Below, piece by piece: positions 60,337 through 64,000 of a stretch of DNA of 64,000 nt (its first letter is position 1; each line of letters starts with the position of its first letter). The stretch spans positions 845,370,001 to 845,434,000 of the forward strand of contig NW_027362763.1 in NCBI RefSeq assembly GCF_046119375.1. The letters run 5' to 3'. The position numbers and the translations under genes are program-made. The notes beneath the pieces are model-generated. The model searched no databases. It worked only from the letters and a program-made list of their open reading frames with translations, and was not told the origin of the DNA. The stretch comes from Phyllobates terribilis (Eukaryota).

Positions 60337-61702
60337 TCAGTAAAAAAGTAGCCATAGAGTGTCCGAGAACCTTCCCACATACTTTTCTTAGCCAGGACTG
60401 CTTCTCGGCAGGGTTAGACGGTCCCCCCAGAGAATCCTCTGGTATGCCCTAGCTTCTACATCAGGAGAGTTCATGATAGCGCTAACTTTGCAGCTGCTAT
60501 GGGGCTCTTGAGCGGGGGAGAAAGGTGAGCCCTCAGAATCAAATCCTCTGGTGGGCCTAATGTTTTTCAATCTGAAACAGCTTCTCATTGGGAGGTATAT
60601 TTCATCACAGCCATATTCTTTAGCTCGGTGAAAGGACTGGCATAGAGGGAAACCGTATCTACTCCGGCTGTCATTTCTCAGTCACCAGGTTCCACCCATT
60701 GTCACACACGACCATGCCTGGCTGTATGCTCAGCGGTAAGAGCCACAGATCAGGCTGCTTTGTTACAGCTTTCATCAACTCTGCAGCGCTGGGTGGTTTG
60801 TCACCTAAGCATTAAGCATGTTATCTTAAGGACAGCCTGTTGCTGCTTGGCCAAGGCAGTGCTGCAGTGCTTTCAGCTTGTGACTGATGTGGTCATTTCG
60901 GAGATGGAGGAGGAGGTGCAGGAGCTGAACAATGTGATTACATTGAGGTTACATTGGCGACTCTGTTTTTTATACTAAAGAAAGATCCTACTTTTTGTTT
61001 GTTTTTTTACGTTATTTTTTAAGACAAATGCATTCACCGGGAAATGTCATTTTAACATTTTACAACCTTATCTGGCAATGTGGTGTGTGACACATCATCA
61101 GACACATCCTATTTCATTTATGATGGAGGGACTCTGAAAGTCACAAAGCGTATTTTTATAGGGCCATCAGGCGGCCCTTACTATTCTTAAAAGGCCAGCA
61201 GTCGGTCCTCGCTATTGTTAGAGAGCCATCAGTCGGCTATGCTTTGTTGTTCCATTATTAACAAGTGGGTCTCCTATACTGTTATTGCATATGCAGTGAC
61301 TGCAAGGGCTGCCAAAAATTCGGACACAACCCAATACCCCTCTGAAGAGACATAGAGGAAGGTCTCAGTTAAAAAAATGTTCCCATTAGAAAGGACCGGG
61401 TCTCTTATACTTGTAATGCCCATGCACTAAGTGTATGGGCTGACAAACATTTACCCCTGGGGGGTACACATGAACATACTGTAGAAAAAATAAATTTTAC
61501 GGGCATCATAAACACCCTTTAAAAAAATTATGTGGGTGTTGCATCACGGGCCACAGTCACCCTGGTGATGTGGTTGAGGATGAGGATGAGGAGAAGGAGG
61601 AGGACAAGAGCAAATAGCCAAAATCAGGAAGCGTATACCCATGTGTGGGTGTGAAGAAGTGCATGGGAATATACCTCCCAAAAAAAGACACTGGATTTGA
61701 GT

Positions 61703-63156
61703 TTATGTTATGCTGCTATCATTCGGTGGTGTTGAGAAGTCTGGTCCAATCCAGCCCTTGTTCATTTTTATAAGAGTCAGCCTATCAGCATTTTCAGTTG
61801 ACAGGCGGATGCGCTTATCAGTTATAATTCCACCAGCGGCACTAAAAACCCACTCTGATAAAACGCTAGTGGCAGGGCAGGCCAGTACCTCCAAGGCGCA
61901 GAGAGCCAGTTCATTCCACGTATCCAGCTTGGATACCCAATAATTATAAGTCACAGAGGACTCACGGAGACGTTGGTACGGTCGACAAGGTACTCTCTCA
62001 GCATCTTCCCATACTTTGCACTCCTTGTGAGAGTACCCCACGCCTCAGGGACTGTGTGATGGGAGGGGCTGAGAAAATTCTCCCAGAACTTTGACAGTGT
62101 TCCCCTGCCTTTGCTGGATTGAAGTTGTGTCTCTCTCGCCTGTACTCCTTGGTTGTCCAACGAACTGTGACCTCTGCCGCCAGCGTTTACAGATGGGAAT
62201 TTTTTTAATAGTTCCGCAACAAGGGCCTTCTGGTACAGCCCCATAGTTGTAGACCTGTCCGCCTCAGGAATAAGAGATATAAAGTTCTCCTTGTAGCGTG
62301 GGTCTAGAGGTGTCACCAACCAGTAATGACTGTCACCCAAAATTTTGAGAACGCGAGGGTCATGGGAAAGGCAGCATAACATAAACTCAGCCATGCGTGC
62401 CAGACTGCTAGCAGACAAGATTTCCGTGTCCTCACCAAGAGGATGATTGACCTCGCTCTCCTCCTCTTTCTCCTCCTCCTCCTCTCTCTCTTCTGGCCAT
62501 CCACGCTGAACAGACTGTATGAGCGTTGTGCAGGTTGTACCGTCTATAGTGCATGAAACTAGCTCCTGTTCTTCCTCCTCCTCCTCCTCTACTTCATTGT
62601 CACCCAATCCACTTTGGGATGAGATGAGGCTGGGCTGTGTTTATTCACCCTGTATGGTTCCTTGCTCCATCTCATCGTGCTCCGCCTGCAATGCATCCTT
62701 TTTGATTGTGAGCAGAGAGCGTTTCAGAAGACAGAGAAGCTGGATGGTGACGCTAATTACGGCATCATCGCCGCTCACCATCTTGGTGGAGTCCTAAAAG
62801 TGTTGGAGGATGGTACATATGTCTGACATCCATGTCCACTCGTGAGGTCTTATGTGTGGAGTCTATACTGAATACCGAAGGCCTTGTTGATGTTGGTATT
62901 CAACAACTACCCTCTTCTGCTCACAAATCCTTCATAACATCTGCAGTGTAGAGATGCAACGCGTGGGGACATCACATACCAGTCTGTGAGCCGGAAGCTG
63001 CAAACGCTGCTGAAACACGGCAAGGGCGGCGGAAGTTGTAGGTGACTTTCTAGAATGGGAACACAGGCGGCGTACTTTAACAAGCAGATCCGGCAGCTCC
63101 GGGTAGGATTTGAGAAACCGCTGAACCACGAGGTTAAGCACATGGGCCAGGCATGG
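61703..63156 (-). pseudogene. C-terminal half of hAT transposase pseudogene
   Basis: Fragments LNLVVQRFLKSYPELPDLL, LDPRYKENF, YWVSKLDTWNELAL...SVLSEWVFS...IKMNKGWI, with frameshifts and stops. Confidence 0.9.
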
Positions 63157-64000
63157 TGTAGCATCGACGTCTCTGCCTCCTGCCGGGCAGAGGTGCCGTT
63201 CCCCTCACCGCCGCGGTCCGGTCCGGCGTCTTCCTGTTCCAGTTCTGCGCTGCGGCGCGCACCATGCACAGCTTCCCAGGCACTGTGCTTAGTGCGCGCG
63301 CGCTCCCTCCCTCTTAAAGGGGCTGCGCGCGCCGTCCTAAAGAGTCCCTGGCCAATGGCCGGAGGACTTCTCCTATTTAAGGCACCTCCTCCAAAATGGA
63401 CTTACCTGTTCAAGGTTGTTATTTTGTGTGCTAACTCTCTCCTCAGCCCTCAGGTCCTGCCTGTCAGTCCAGCCCGCAAGTCTGTCTAACAGTCCAGCCT
63501 GCCAGTCTGTCAGTAACCTGCCGTGCCCGCCAGCCTGCCTACCTGGAACACCTGCCTGTTGCCTGTCGTGCCAGCCTACCTGGAGCACCTGCCAGTTTCC
63601 TGTCGTGCCCACCAGCCAGCCTACTTGGAGCACCTGCCAGTTACCTGCCGTGCCTGCCAGCTTGCCTACCCAGAGCACCTGTCTGGCTATCAGCCGTGCC
63701 TGCCAGCTTGCCTACCCGGAGCACCTGTCTGGCTATCAGCCGTACCTGCCTGCTTATCTACCCGGATCACCCGCCAGCCTTCCTGCCGTGCTCATCCGCT
63801 GTACCGGTCTGTTTCTGTCATCCGACCCGTGGGAGTCACCTGCTCTCACACAAGGTCGGTCCCAGAGTGGAACCTGGTTCACCTGCCCGGTCCCTCCCTG
63901 GTTCACGGAGTCGACTAAGCCACCATGTGTCCTGGGTCGGTCCGAGTAGGCACTTAGTTATGCCCCTCTGGTCCCTCCTTGCACCAAAGCACAGAGATTC
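63157..64000 (+). mobile_element. LTR of the Gypsy #1 group inserted into the hAT #3 transposase; continues past the window edge
   Basis: Starts TGTAGC (reverse of GCTACA); shares CTTAAAGGGGCTGCGCGCGCCGTCCTAA and TATTTAAGGCACCTCCTCCAAAATGG with Gypsy #1 LTRs in the opposite orientation. Confidence 0.85.

Larger units (their letters stand above)
58811..63156 (-). mobile_element. hAT transposon #3 (family of hAT #1); left end deleted, right part interrupted by an LTR and beyond the window
   Basis: 58820-58980 is homologous to 7755-7905; same antisense transposase fragments; transposase C-terminus homologous to 17047-18460. Confidence 0.88.

Overview
Vertebrate genomic DNA, most likely a frog (inferred from T2/Kolobok TTAA MITEs, V-SINE and Tc1 families). 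The only host coding sequence I can support is one 138-nt exon of SYNDIG1 (25487-25624, + strand), which the ORF track misses; the rest appears to be its flanking introns, filled with transposable elements. Main contents: (i) a five-level nest at 5584-23803, each level with its own target-site duplication: T2 MITE > palindromic element > solo LTR > large hAT transposon > young, apparently intact chromodomain Gypsy with a Tf1/sushi-type self-priming signature and a PEG10-like -1 frameshift cassette; (ii) three large hAT elements from two families; the two whose 5' ends are in the window share a promoter, palindromic motif, kilobase tandem array and BED-finger transposase layout, and all three carry duplicated (in one family antisense) pieces of their own transposase, with a decayed 18S rRNA fragment in one; (iii) a second full-length Gypsy with a tRNA-Ser primer site; (iv) Tc1 copies, CR1/L1/SINE fragments, solo LTRs and MITEs. 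There is no CRISPR array and no prokaryotic gene. All comparisons were made by eye; matches to known genes and RNAs are from recall and need database confirmation.
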